The position numbers were made by a program, and so were the translations under genes. Source: Chitinophagales bacterium (GTDB lineage Bacteria > Bacteroidota > Bacteroidia > Chitinophagales > UBA10324). From it: 64,000 bases of DNA. This document shows positions 1 to 8,300 of the stretch, piece by piece. The notes beneath the pieces were generated by a model. It saw only the letters and a list, made by a program, of their open reading frames with translations. It was not told the origin of the DNA and made no database searches. Positions within the stretch are counted from its first letter, which is position 1, and each line of letters starts with the position of its first letter. Location: assembly GCA_025057275.1 (NCBI GenBank), contig JANWXQ010000020.1, forward strand, positions 1,004 through 65,003, read 5' to 3'.

Positions 1-1
1 C

Positions 2-988
2 GAGCGAAGCGGGATTCAAGCCATCAAATGGAACGATGAGTTTGAAGGTATAGTAAACATTGTTATGTGTTATGCCGAAAACGTCTTTCTCAATTTGAAT
101 GAGCACGATCGCCTGGTCAATCAAGTGCCCTACCGCAGCCTGCGGTTTGCCCGCGAGCTGAAGGAACGGTTTCCGCTGCATCAATACCGGCGGCTGGCAC
201 CGCTGATGCATCAGTTGCGCAGCATCAAGGCGCCGGCCGAACTGGAACTGATCGGCAAAGCCATAGCCATTACGGAAAAAGCCTTTCGCCGGGTGCTATC
301 GTTTATCCGGCCCGGGGTTATGGAGTATGAAATTGAAGCGGAAATCACCCACGAATTCCTGCGCAATGCGGCCACCGGCCATGCCTACCAGCCGATTATC
401 GCCAGCGGCAAAAATGCCTGTGTGCTACATTACATCAACAACGACCAGCAGTGCCGCGATGGCGATCTGGTGCTGATGGATTTTGGTGCGGAATACGCCA
501 ATTACGCTGCCGACCTGACCCGTACCGTGCCGGTAAACGGACGGTTCACTCCGCGGCAACGTCAGGTGTATGATGCCGTACTGCGGGTGATGCATCAGGC
601 CAAAAAATTGCTAAGGCCCGGCACCAACCTGCATGAATTCAACACCAAGCTGGTAGGTGAGATTATGCAAGAAGAGTTGCTTCGGCTGGGCCTGCTTCAG
701 GCTGATGAGGTTAAAAACCAAAATCCGGAAAATCCCGTCTACAAAAAGTATTTTATGCATGGAACGTCCCATTATCTGGGACTGGACGTACACGATGTGG
801 GCTACCGTTTTGCCACGCTGAAGCCGGGTATGGTTTTCACCTGCGAGCCCGGCATTTACATTCCTGAAGAGGGTTTGGGTATCCGGCTGGAGAACAACAT
901 TCTGGTTACCGACGGGGAACCCGTGGATCTGATGGCCGGCATTCCCCTTGAGGCAGATGAAATTGAGGAGCTGATGGCCCGTCGTTGA
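2..988 (+). CDS. pepP: Xaa-Pro aminopeptidase (M24B metallopeptidase), 5' end outside window
   Basis: The frame is open from nt 2 and the track ORF is 65..988. M24 motifs are present: DLVLMDFGAEY, HGTSHYLGLDVHD, CEPGIY, RLENN. The N-terminal domain lies upstream of the window. Confidence 0.9.
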   Translation, partial: ERSGIQAIKWNDEFEGIVNIVMCYAENVFLNLNEHDRLVNQVPYRSLRFARELKERFPLHQYRRLAPLMHQLRSIKAPAELELIGKAIAITEKAFRRVLSFIRPGVMEYEIEAEITHEFLRNAATGHAYQPIIASGKNACVLHYINNDQQCRDGDLVLMDFGAEYANYAADLTRTVPVNGRFTPRQRQVYDAVLRVMHQAKKLLRPGTNLHEFNTKLVGEIMQEELLRLGLLQADEVKNQNPENPVYKKYFMHGTSHYLGLDVHDVGYRFATLKPGMVFTCEPGIYIPEEGLGIRLENNILVTDGEPVDLMAGIPLEADEIEELMARR

Positions 989-1076
989 TCTGTATCTGCA
1001 AAGGTTACTGTTTGCCCGAAGCGCAAGGGTAAATTAGATTTGCAGCCCGCTTTTTCCCACGGGATAAGCGGAATGC

Positions 1077-1150
1077 AGGCTCGTAGCTCAGTTGGTTAGA
1101 GCGCTACACTGATAATGTAGAGGTCGGCAGTTCAACTCTGCCCGGGCCTA
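1077..1150 (+). tRNA. tRNA-Ile (anticodon GAU)
   Basis: A cloverleaf folds by eye. Acceptor AGGCUCG/CGGGCCU, D-arm GCUC..GAGC, anticodon stem CUACA/UGUAG with loop CUGAUAA, T-arm GGCAG-UUCAACU-CUGCC, discriminator A. No CCA is encoded. Confidence 0.9.
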
Positions 1151-1152
1151 CG

Positions 1153-1180
1153 AAAGGCGGTAGTTTTGTTCCGCCTTTTT
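1153..1180 (+). terminator. terminator-like hairpin between the two tRNAs
   Basis: An 8-bp stem AAAGGCGG/CCGCCUUU with a 10-nt loop runs into a T5 tract that ends exactly at the first base of tRNA-Ala. Confidence 0.35.
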
Positions 1181-1254
1181 GGGGGTGTAGCTCAGCTGGC
1201 TAGAGCACCTGCTTTGCAAGCAGGGGGTCATCGGTTCGATTCCGTTCACCTCCA
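1181..1254 (+). tRNA. tRNA-Ala (anticodon UGC)
   Basis: Acceptor GGGGGUG/CACCUCC carries the G3:U70 alanine identity pair. Anticodon stem CCUGC/GCAGG with loop UUUGCAA, T-loop UUCGAUU, discriminator A. Confidence 0.9.
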
Positions 1255-1379
1255 CCCGTTCGGCGGATTGTAGCTTTTGCCTTTTGTGCACAGCAACACC
1301 ATGCGTTAATTTCCTTGCCAGAGGCTGATCCCGTTATTTTGCCAGATGAACTTTCTTAACGCCTTCAGGCTGCTGGGCT

Positions 1380-1982
1380 ATGGATGCTGAATCCGCTTTC
1401 CACCAACCTCCTCATCAACAGGTGAACCGCAAACTGGCATCTGCGCTGGAGCGTATGGCTCAGGTGTTTAAGGTGCTGTTGCTGGAAGAGGGAGGAAAGC
1501 ATCAGCTCAGCCCGCTGCAGGTGGAACTACTGGTCTTTTTGCTGCATCACCCTAAAACGCTGCGTACCGTTACCCAGTTGGCCAGGGAATTTAACGTCAG
1601 CAAAGCCACCATCAGCATTGCCTTGCGGCCTTTGCTGGCCAAGAAGCTGATTGAACGTTCGGAAACCAGCGATTTGCGAAGCTTTTCCATTAACCTAACC
1701 TCCAGAGGAAAGATTCTTGCCAGCCAGCTCAACCGCTACGCAGCGCCGGTAGAGCAGGTGATTGAACAGTTGGCTGAGGAAGATAAAAGCCTGTTGTTGC
1801 AGCAGCTGCTGACCCTACTCTACCAGTTGCAGAAGGCCGGCATCATCCATCCGATGCGCATGTGCTTCACCTGTTCCAATTACAGTCGTTTGCCCGACGG
1901 ATCCGCCTACTGCCAACTGCTGCAAAAAACCCTTCAACATGCCGACCTGCGCATCGATTGTCCCGAGCATCAGGCGGCATGA
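1380..1982 (+). CDS. MarR-family winged-helix regulator with C-terminal four-Cys module
   Basis: 200-aa ORF. The wHTH region (LSPLQVELLVFLLHHPKTLRTVTQLAREFNVSKATISIALRPLLAKKLIER) is typical of MarR. The C-terminus has the pattern CFTC-x12-C-x15-C. Confidence 0.75.
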   Translation: MDAESAFHQPPHQQVNRKLASALERMAQVFKVLLLEEGGKHQLSPLQVELLVFLLHHPKTLRTVTQLAREFNVSKATISIALRPLLAKKLIERSETSDLRSFSINLTSRGKILASQLNRYAAPVEQVIEQLAEEDKSLLLQQLLTLLYQLQKAGIIHPMRMCFTCSNYSRLPDGSAYCQLLQKTLQHADLRIDCPEHQAA

Positions 1983-2075
1983 TGCGTTATGTACTGCGCT
2001 GGCTTCAGCATGGCCTCTCCGCCGCACCAAGAAGGGAACCCCGCAAAAAATCGTTTTAACCAATAACCCCTGTTG

Positions 2076-3098
2076 ATGCCCAATACCGCTTTCTGGCGCA
2101 GCTTACCGGTACTGCTAATCCTGGTTTTGACGGCCGTGCCGATCCAGGCACAAAAGCCCCGTACGTTTTGCATTGCTTTTTACAATGTGGAAAATCTTTT
2201 TGACAACCAGGACGATCCGAAAACCGAAGACGAGGAGTTTACTGCCGAAGGCAAAGCCCGTTGGACCACCGAACGCATGAACGAAAAGGTGCGCAACATT
2301 GCCCGGGTCATTGCAGCCATCAATGAAGGAAATGGCCCTGATGTGCTGGGCCTTTCTGAAGTGGAAAATGAGGCTATGCTGAAAACGCTGCTCCGCCAGG
2401 GCGGACTGGATCGAAAAGGATACCGCTACCTGCATGCCGATTCACGCGACCAGAGGGGTATTGACGTTTGCCTGGTTTATCGCGAAAAAAGCTTCCGGCC
2501 CATTTCGTATCGCCTGCTTCCTGTGGACGTGAGCGCCTATGACAGCAGGCCAACCCGCGACATTCTGATGGTTACCGGCATTGCCGCCCAGAAAGATACC
2601 CTGCATCTGTTTGTAAATCATTGGCCGTCCCGGCGTGGAGGCAGGGAAGTCACGGCGCCCAAGCGCATGGCAGCAGCCCGTGTGCTGCGCCGGACCCTCG
2701 ACAGCCTGTTTGCCCGCAACCCCGAGGCATTGGTGGTGGCCATGGGTGACTTCAACGACAATCCGGGCGATGCCAGCGTCAACCATCTGCAATACAGTCC
2801 CCGTAGTGAGGACCTGCGCAACTGCATGAGCCGGTTTGACTGGAAGGCCGGTCAGGGCACAGAATTTTATCAGGGTTCCTGGTATCGGTTCATTCAAATT
2901 TTGCTTTCCCCCTCAATGGGGCGGTACAGCTTTACCGGCGATGAGAGCGATCCGTGTTCCGGCATTCACATTTTCCGTCCCGACTGGATCCTGAAAGAAG
3001 ACAGTACCGGCCAGCGGATTCCGCGCCGCTCCGTTGAGCAAGACGGCACCATCGGTTACAGCGACCATTTGCCGGTTTATTTGCTACTTCGCTGGTAG
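2076..3098 (+). CDS. secreted endonuclease/exonuclease/phosphatase (EEP) family protein
   Basis: Signal peptide (LPVLLILVLTAVPIQAQ). EEP-type motifs are present: FYNVENLFD, LGLSEVEN, VNHWPSRRGG, MGDFND, YSDHLPV. I prefer the ATG at 2076 to the TTG at 2073. Confidence 0.8.
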   Translation: MPNTAFWRSLPVLLILVLTAVPIQAQKPRTFCIAFYNVENLFDNQDDPKTEDEEFTAEGKARWTTERMNEKVRNIARVIAAINEGNGPDVLGLSEVENEAMLKTLLRQGGLDRKGYRYLHADSRDQRGIDVCLVYREKSFRPISYRLLPVDVSAYDSRPTRDILMVTGIAAQKDTLHLFVNHWPSRRGGREVTAPKRMAAARVLRRTLDSLFARNPEALVVAMGDFNDNPGDASVNHLQYSPRSEDLRNCMSRFDWKAGQGTEFYQGSWYRFIQILLSPSMGRYSFTGDESDPCSGIHIFRPDWILKEDSTGQRIPRRSVEQDGTIGYSDHLPVYLLLRW

Positions 3099-3142
3099 CT
3101 TATTGCCTTCCTGAAATCCTTCAATCCTGTTGCGAGGCAACG

Positions 3143-3150
3143 TACCTTTG
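3143..3150 (+). promoter_or_regulatory. candidate Bacteroidota -7 promoter box (TAnnTTTG)
   Basis: TACCTTTG lies 26 nt upstream of the korA ATG. No convincing -33 TTG sits at the expected spacing. Confidence 0.25.
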
Positions 3151-3176
3151 TTGTTCACGAATGAAGCAAAACCTAT

Positions 3177-5018
3177 ATGGTCAAGCGCACAATTGAACGG
3201 CTGGAAGAAGTAGTCATCAAGTTTGCTGGCGACTCCGGTGATGGCATGCAGCTTACCGGAGGACAGTTTACCAACACTGCCGCACTGATCGGCAACGATC
3301 TGGGCACCTTTCCTGATTTTCCTGCCGAAATCCGTGCCCCTCAGGGCACGCTGGCCGGTGTTTCCGGTTTTCAGCTCAACTTCGGCAGCAAGGAAATTTA
3401 TACGCCCGGCGACCAATGCGATGTGCTGGTGGCCATGAATGCCGCCGCACTCAAGGTAAACCTGAATTTTCTACGCAAGGGGGGAACCATCATAGTCAAT
3501 ACAGCAGGCTTTGATGCCAAAAACTTGAAGCTGGCCGGCTATGCAGATAATCCGCTGGACAACGGCACCCTGGAGGGATACAACGTAATCCGCATTGATA
3601 TCACCAAGCTGACGCGCGAAGCCACTGCCGATATTACCGAGCTGGGCATGAAGGAAAAGGATCGCTGCAAGAACATGTTCGTGCTGGGATTCCTGTATTG
3701 GATGTTTGACCGGCCTATGGACCACACACTGCAGATGCTGCAAACCAAGTTTGCGAAAAATCCTGCCGTTTTAGAGGCTAATGTGCGTGCCCTGAAAGCC
3801 GGTTACCACTACGGTGACACTACCGAAACCTTCACTACCCGTTACAAGGTAGACAAGGCCCCTATGGCGCCCGGCGAATACCGCAACATCATGGGCAATC
3901 AAGCGCTGGCTCTTGGCCTGGTGGCTGCAGCACAAAAGAGCGGCCTGAAGCTTTTTCTGGGCTCTTACCCCATCACTCCTGCTTCCGATATTCTTCACGA
4001 GCTGGCGCGATATAAAAATTTCGGCATCATCACCTTTCAGGCGGAAGACGAAATTGCCGGCATCTGTTCGGCCATCGGTGCGTCTTTTGGAGGAAACATA
4101 GGCGTAACCACCACTTCAGGACCGGGAATGGCATTAAAAACAGAAGCCATCGGTTTAGCCGTCATGTTGGAAATCCCTCTGGTGATCTGCAACATTCAGC
4201 GGGGCGGACCCTCCACCGGACTGCCTACCAAAACCGAACAGGCTGACCTGTTGCAGGCCTTGTACGGCCGCAACGGCGAATGTCCGCTTCCGGTGCTGGC
4301 CGCCTGCTCGCCTGCCGATTGCTTTTCCGCTGTTTACGAAGCGGTGCGCATCGCCATTCACCACATGACTCCGGTGATTTTTCTGAGCGATGGCTATCTG
4401 GCCAACGGTTCAGAACCCTGGCGCTTCCCTACCGCCGAGCAGTTGCCCGACATACCGGTTCGCTTTGCCGAGCCAGCTTCTGATCATTCCGTTTTCAAGC
4501 CTTACCTGCGCGACGAACGGCTGGTGCGACCCTGGGCTCGGCCCGGCACCAAAGGGCTGGAACATCGCATCGGCGGACTGGAAAAAGAAGACTTCACCGG
4601 CAACATCAGTTACGAGCCGGAGAATCACGAACACATGGTGAAGGTGCGTGAAGAAAAAGTAGAACGCATCGCCGACTTCATTCCCCTACAAACGGTGGAA
4701 GGTCCGGAGCGTGGAGAAGCCCTTGTTTTGGGATGGGGCGGTACCTATGGCGCCATTAAAGCCGCTGTCACGCAGCTGCAACAGGAAGGTTACCGTATTG
4801 CGCAGGCCCATTTACGATACCTGAAACCCTTCCCCCGCAATCTGGGAACACTGCTGCTCAGTTACGACAAGGTCATAGTTCCCGAAATCAACAACGGGCA
4901 GTTGGTTAAAGTGATCCGGGACAAGTTTCTGGTGCCGGCCGTTGGCATCAACAAAATTCAGGGCGTGCCGTTCACCAAAATGGAATTGGTGCAACGCATC
5001 AAAGAACAATTGGGATAA
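3177..5018 (+). CDS. korA: 2-oxoacid (2-oxoglutarate):ferredoxin oxidoreductase subunit alpha
   Basis: 613 aa. Fused gamma/alpha architecture with GDSGDGMQLTG, GSYPITPASDIL and the TTTSGPGMALK motif. A beta subunit gene follows 35 nt downstream. Confidence 0.9.
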   Translation: MVKRTIERLEEVVIKFAGDSGDGMQLTGGQFTNTAALIGNDLGTFPDFPAEIRAPQGTLAGVSGFQLNFGSKEIYTPGDQCDVLVAMNAAALKVNLNFLRKGGTIIVNTAGFDAKNLKLAGYADNPLDNGTLEGYNVIRIDITKLTREATADITELGMKEKDRCKNMFVLGFLYWMFDRPMDHTLQMLQTKFAKNPAVLEANVRALKAGYHYGDTTETFTTRYKVDKAPMAPGEYRNIMGNQALALGLVAAAQKSGLKLFLGSYPITPASDILHELARYKNFGIITFQAEDEIAGICSAIGASFGGNIGVTTTSGPGMALKTEAIGLAVMLEIPLVICNIQRGGPSTGLPTKTEQADLLQALYGRNGECPLPVLAACSPADCFSAVYEAVRIAIHHMTPVIFLSDGYLANGSEPWRFPTAEQLPDIPVRFAEPASDHSVFKPYLRDERLVRPWARPGTKGLEHRIGGLEKEDFTGNISYEPENHEHMVKVREEKVERIADFIPLQTVEGPERGEALVLGWGGTYGAIKAAVTQLQQEGYRIAQAHLRYLKPFPRNLGTLLLSYDKVIVPEINNGQLVKVIRDKFLVPAVGINKIQGVPFTKMELVQRIKEQLG

Positions 5019-5053
5019 ACCAAAACGAAACCCAGGAATAAACTCTTTCCATC

Positions 5054-6088
5054 ATGGCAGAAGTAACCACGGAACAACCCGTCAAATTGACGCCAAAAGA
5101 TTTCCAGACCGACCAGGATGTGCGCTGGTGCCCCGGTTGCGGCGATTACTCCATACTGAAACAGGTGCATACCATCCTGCCTCAATTGGGCATACCCCGT
5201 GAGCAGCTGGTTTTCGTCAGCGGTATCGGCTGCTCCTCGCGGTTTCCGTACTACACTGAAACCTACGGCTTGCACGGCATTCACGGCCGTGCCACTGCCA
5301 TTGCCGCAGGACTGAAAGCCACACGCCCGGAACTCAGCGTGTGGGTAGTAACCGGCGACGGCGATGCCTTGTCTATAGGCGGCAACCACCTGATCCATTT
5401 GCTGCGGCGCAATTTTGACATCAATGTGTTGATGTTCAACAACGAAATCTATGGGCTCACGAAAGGGCAGTACAGCCCCACTTCGCCGGAAGGCATGGTG
5501 GCCAAAAGCACGCCCTATGGTTCCCTGGATCACCCCTTCAACCCCATTGCTTTAGCCTTGGGTGCCGATGCCACCTTTGTAGCCCGCAGTATGGATCGTG
5601 ATCCGGCCCATCTGCAGCAGATGCTGCTGCGGTGCTATCACCATCCGGGCACGTCGTTTTTGGAAATTCTACAGAACTGCAATATCTACAACGACGGCGC
5701 ATTTGAACTTTTCACCGAAAAGGCCACGAAAAAAGCGCATACGGTGTTCCTGGAGCATGGCAAGCCGCTGGTCTTCGGAGAACAACAGGAAAAGGGCATT
5801 CGGTTGGATGGTTTTACCCCCCAGGTCGTCAGTTTAAGCGATTACTCCGTTGACGACCTGATGGTGCACGATGAAAACGACATCAACAAGGCGATGATCT
5901 TGTCGCGGCTTTTTGAAATGAACAACGGAACAGTCACCTATCCCAAGCCGTTCGGCGTGTTTTACGTGCGGAAACGCACCACTTACGAGCAAGCTTTACA
6001 AAAACAAATGGAGCAGATTTCAGAAAAACTGGGAGCTCCGGACCTGAACAAGCTGTTGCGCGGACGCGAAACGTGGATCGTGGACTAA
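5054..6088 (+). CDS. korB: 2-oxoacid:ferredoxin oxidoreductase subunit beta (TPP-binding)
   Basis: 344 aa. Contains WCPGCGDY, the GIGCSSR motif and the TPP motif GDGDALSIGGNH..NNEIYGLTKGQ. Confidence 0.9.
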   Translation: MAEVTTEQPVKLTPKDFQTDQDVRWCPGCGDYSILKQVHTILPQLGIPREQLVFVSGIGCSSRFPYYTETYGLHGIHGRATAIAAGLKATRPELSVWVVTGDGDALSIGGNHLIHLLRRNFDINVLMFNNEIYGLTKGQYSPTSPEGMVAKSTPYGSLDHPFNPIALALGADATFVARSMDRDPAHLQQMLLRCYHHPGTSFLEILQNCNIYNDGAFELFTEKATKKAHTVFLEHGKPLVFGEQQEKGIRLDGFTPQVVSLSDYSVDDLMVHDENDINKAMILSRLFEMNNGTVTYPKPFGVFYVRKRTTYEQALQKQMEQISEKLGAPDLNKLLRGRETWIVD

Positions 6089-6104
6089 AGCGGCTGCCGT
6101 TCAT

Positions 6105-7652
6105 TTAGCTATAGCCCTGCTCGCGCAGATATTGTTGCCAGTCATCCAACTGCTTGTTGCGTAACACGCGCGGAAACTTATGCTGACCGCCCATCTTGCC
6201 TTTGCTGGCCATCCAGCCGACAAAAACTTTGTTGGGAAGCATCGTTACCAGCACATCCTTTAAGGCTGCGCTTCGCTCGGTGGCGTAATCGTCATTCAGC
6301 ACACAGAGTTGTTCATCCAATACCTTTTTCACTTGTTCGGGATCCACCGCTTTATCGGTTCCAATCCACCACTGATGAGCAAACAGTCCTTCGTAAGGGA
6401 CTCCGGCAACGGTAAACTCGCGAATGTCTATGCCGAATGTCCGGCCTACGGTTTCAATGGCCCGGTTCATGTTGTCCACCGACAGGTGCTCACCGGTCAG
6501 GTTCAGGAAATGTCGGGTGCGACCGGTAATTTTTATTTCCGAGCGGGATAAATCGGTAAACTGAATTACATCACCGATCAGGTAACGCCAGGCGCCTGCA
6601 CAGGTGGACAGCAACAACGCATAGTCTTTTCCTTCCACCACCTCGCCGATGTGCAACGCCCGGGCATAAGGTTGCAGATTACCTTCGGCATCAAAATTTT
6701 GTTCATCAAACGGAATGAATTCGAAATAAATGCCGTTGGCCAACAGCATTTCCATTCCGGAAGGATTCGGATGCGTGTCAAAAGCAATAAAACCCTCTGA
6801 AGCCAGATAGGAATTCTGGGTGATGATGGGCCTGCCGAGCAGGCGCTCAAATCCCTTTCGGTACGGCTCGAACGACACACCGCTGTGCACATAAACGTCC
6901 AGATTCGGCCAGACGTCGTGAATGTGGCGAGCGCCTTGCAGGGCAATGATGCGTTCCAGCAGAATCTGAATCCATGCAGGAATACCGACAATGATGCTGA
7001 CATCCCATTCCGGAGCGCGACGGGCAATTTCGTTGAGCTTGCGATCCCAGTTGCGCTCACGGGCCAGTTTACGACCCGGTTTGTAGAACACATGAAACCA
7101 CAGCGGAATTTTGGAAGCACTGATGCCGCTCAGATCGCCCTCATAATAATGCCCGCGTCGACTCAGCGATGTGCTGCCGCCGATCATCAGGATTTTTTTT
7201 TCGTACACCGAAGCCGGCAGGTTGTAGCTGGCAGATGAAAGGATTTGCTTGATGCTCCCCCGCTTGATGGCACGGATCATTTCCGGAGTGAGCGGAATGC
7301 GCTTGCTGGAAGCCTCGGAGGTGCCGCTGCTTAACGCAAAGTAGCGCACGGTGCCCGGCCAGCAGACATTGGATTCACCGGCCAGCACAGACTGCCACCA
7401 CTCAGTAAAAATTTTGTTATAGTCAAAAACCGGCACATGACTGCGAAAGGCTTCCTGTAACTGATCGGAGCGCAGGATGTCGGAAAAACGATAGTGCAGG
7501 CCAAACCGGGTGTAGGCCGCTCGTCGTAACAGGCTTTTCAACTGCCGGCGCTGCCGGTCGGCCGGCGTTTGCACCACCAGCTTTTCTTTGCCCTGCTGAA
7601 TCAGCGAGTTCAGGGCTATCGTGCGTTTGATCAGTTGCCCGAGCAGCGGCAT
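6105..7652 (-). CDS. GH3 auxin-responsive-promoter family protein (acyl-adenylate-forming)
   Basis: The family-like sequence starts at MPLLGQLIK (codon 219 of the 733-aa track ORF) and gives 515 aa. Motifs: FALSSGTS, YLASEGF, GAWRYLIGDV, NLTGEHL, LNDDYATER. The upstream 218 codons are antisense to the sigma factor gene. Confidence 0.85.
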   Translation of the reverse strand: MPLLGQLIKRTIALNSLIQQGKEKLVVQTPADRQRRQLKSLLRRAAYTRFGLHYRFSDILRSDQLQEAFRSHVPVFDYNKIFTEWWQSVLAGESNVCWPGTVRYFALSSGTSEASSKRIPLTPEMIRAIKRGSIKQILSSASYNLPASVYEKKILMIGGSTSLSRRGHYYEGDLSGISASKIPLWFHVFYKPGRKLARERNWDRKLNEIARRAPEWDVSIIVGIPAWIQILLERIIALQGARHIHDVWPNLDVYVHSGVSFEPYRKGFERLLGRPIITQNSYLASEGFIAFDTHPNPSGMEMLLANGIYFEFIPFDEQNFDAEGNLQPYARALHIGEVVEGKDYALLLSTCAGAWRYLIGDVIQFTDLSRSEIKITGRTRHFLNLTGEHLSVDNMNRAIETVGRTFGIDIREFTVAGVPYEGLFAHQWWIGTDKAVDPEQVKKVLDEQLCVLNDDYATERSAALKDVLVTMLPNKVFVGWMASKGKMGGQHKFPRVLRNKQLDDWQQYLREQGYS

Positions 7653-7730
7653 AGCGGTTTCTGAATCGCTAAATATAGCGACGCTGCCCGTTGTCGCTTT
7701 TAGCAAAAGCCACATCAAAATGCGACATAT

Positions 7731-8300
7731 TTGCATCCTGTCCTGTTCAGCGTGGCTTTTCCCGATAACCGTCTCAGCGAAGAGGAACTCGTGCACCGTC
7801 TTTATCAGAAAGAGGAAAGTGCCCTGCGCTATTTGTACGACCACTACTCGCCCGCTCTCTACGGCTTGTTGCTGCGTATTGTGGAGGACGAAGAACTGGC
7901 GCAGGACCTGCTTCAGGAAAGCTTCCTGCGCATCTGGAACCACTTTGATCAGTACGACAAAACCAAAGGGCGCCTGTTTACCTGGATGATCAACGTCACG
8001 CGCAATCTGGCTATTGACGCCACCCGCTCGCGGGCATTTCGCAACCGCAAAAAAAACCTGAACTGGGACAACGTCGTAGATTTCCTGGAGCGTCACCGCC
8101 AGCATCACCCGAATCCGGACCGCATCGGGCTGAGGGAACTGGTGAACCGGCTGGATGAAGCCCACCGGCAAATCATAGACCTGGCCTACTTCCGGGGCTA
8201 TACCCAGGCACAGATTGCCGAAAAGCTGAATCTGCCATTGGGTACGGTAAAAACGCGCATGCGATCGGCTATTCTTAAACTCAGAGCGTTGTTCACGTGA
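7731..8300 (+). CDS. ECF-type RNA polymerase sigma-70 factor
   Basis: 189 aa. Region 2 (DLLQESFLRIWNHFDQYD, FTWMINVTRNLAIDATR) and region 4 (IIDLAYFRGYTQAQIAEKLNLPLGTVKTRMRSA) are recognisable. The start is uncertain: TTG at 7731 or GTG at 7752. Confidence 0.9.
   Translation: MHPVLFSVAFPDNRLSEEELVHRLYQKEESALRYLYDHYSPALYGLLLRIVEDEELAQDLLQESFLRIWNHFDQYDKTKGRLFTWMINVTRNLAIDATRSRAFRNRKKNLNWDNVVDFLERHRQHHPNPDRIGLRELVNRLDEAHRQIIDLAYFRGYTQAQIAEKLNLPLGTVKTRMRSAILKLRALFT

Noticed and set aside
989-1379. Possible rRNA operon remnant or genomic-island integration site at the tRNA pair.
   Set aside because: No 16S 3' end or 23S 5' end sequence is recognisable around the tRNAs. There is no integrase, no direct repeat of a tRNA 3' end and no mobility gene downstream.
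7193-7201. An A9/T9 homopolymer inside the GH3 gene as a phase-variation site. Similar tracts occur near 34879 in the polyprenyl synthase gene and near 56800 in lpdA.
   Set aside because: These are Lys-Lys-Lys/Ile codon runs, and they also occur in essential housekeeping genes. Nothing suggests programmed slippage.
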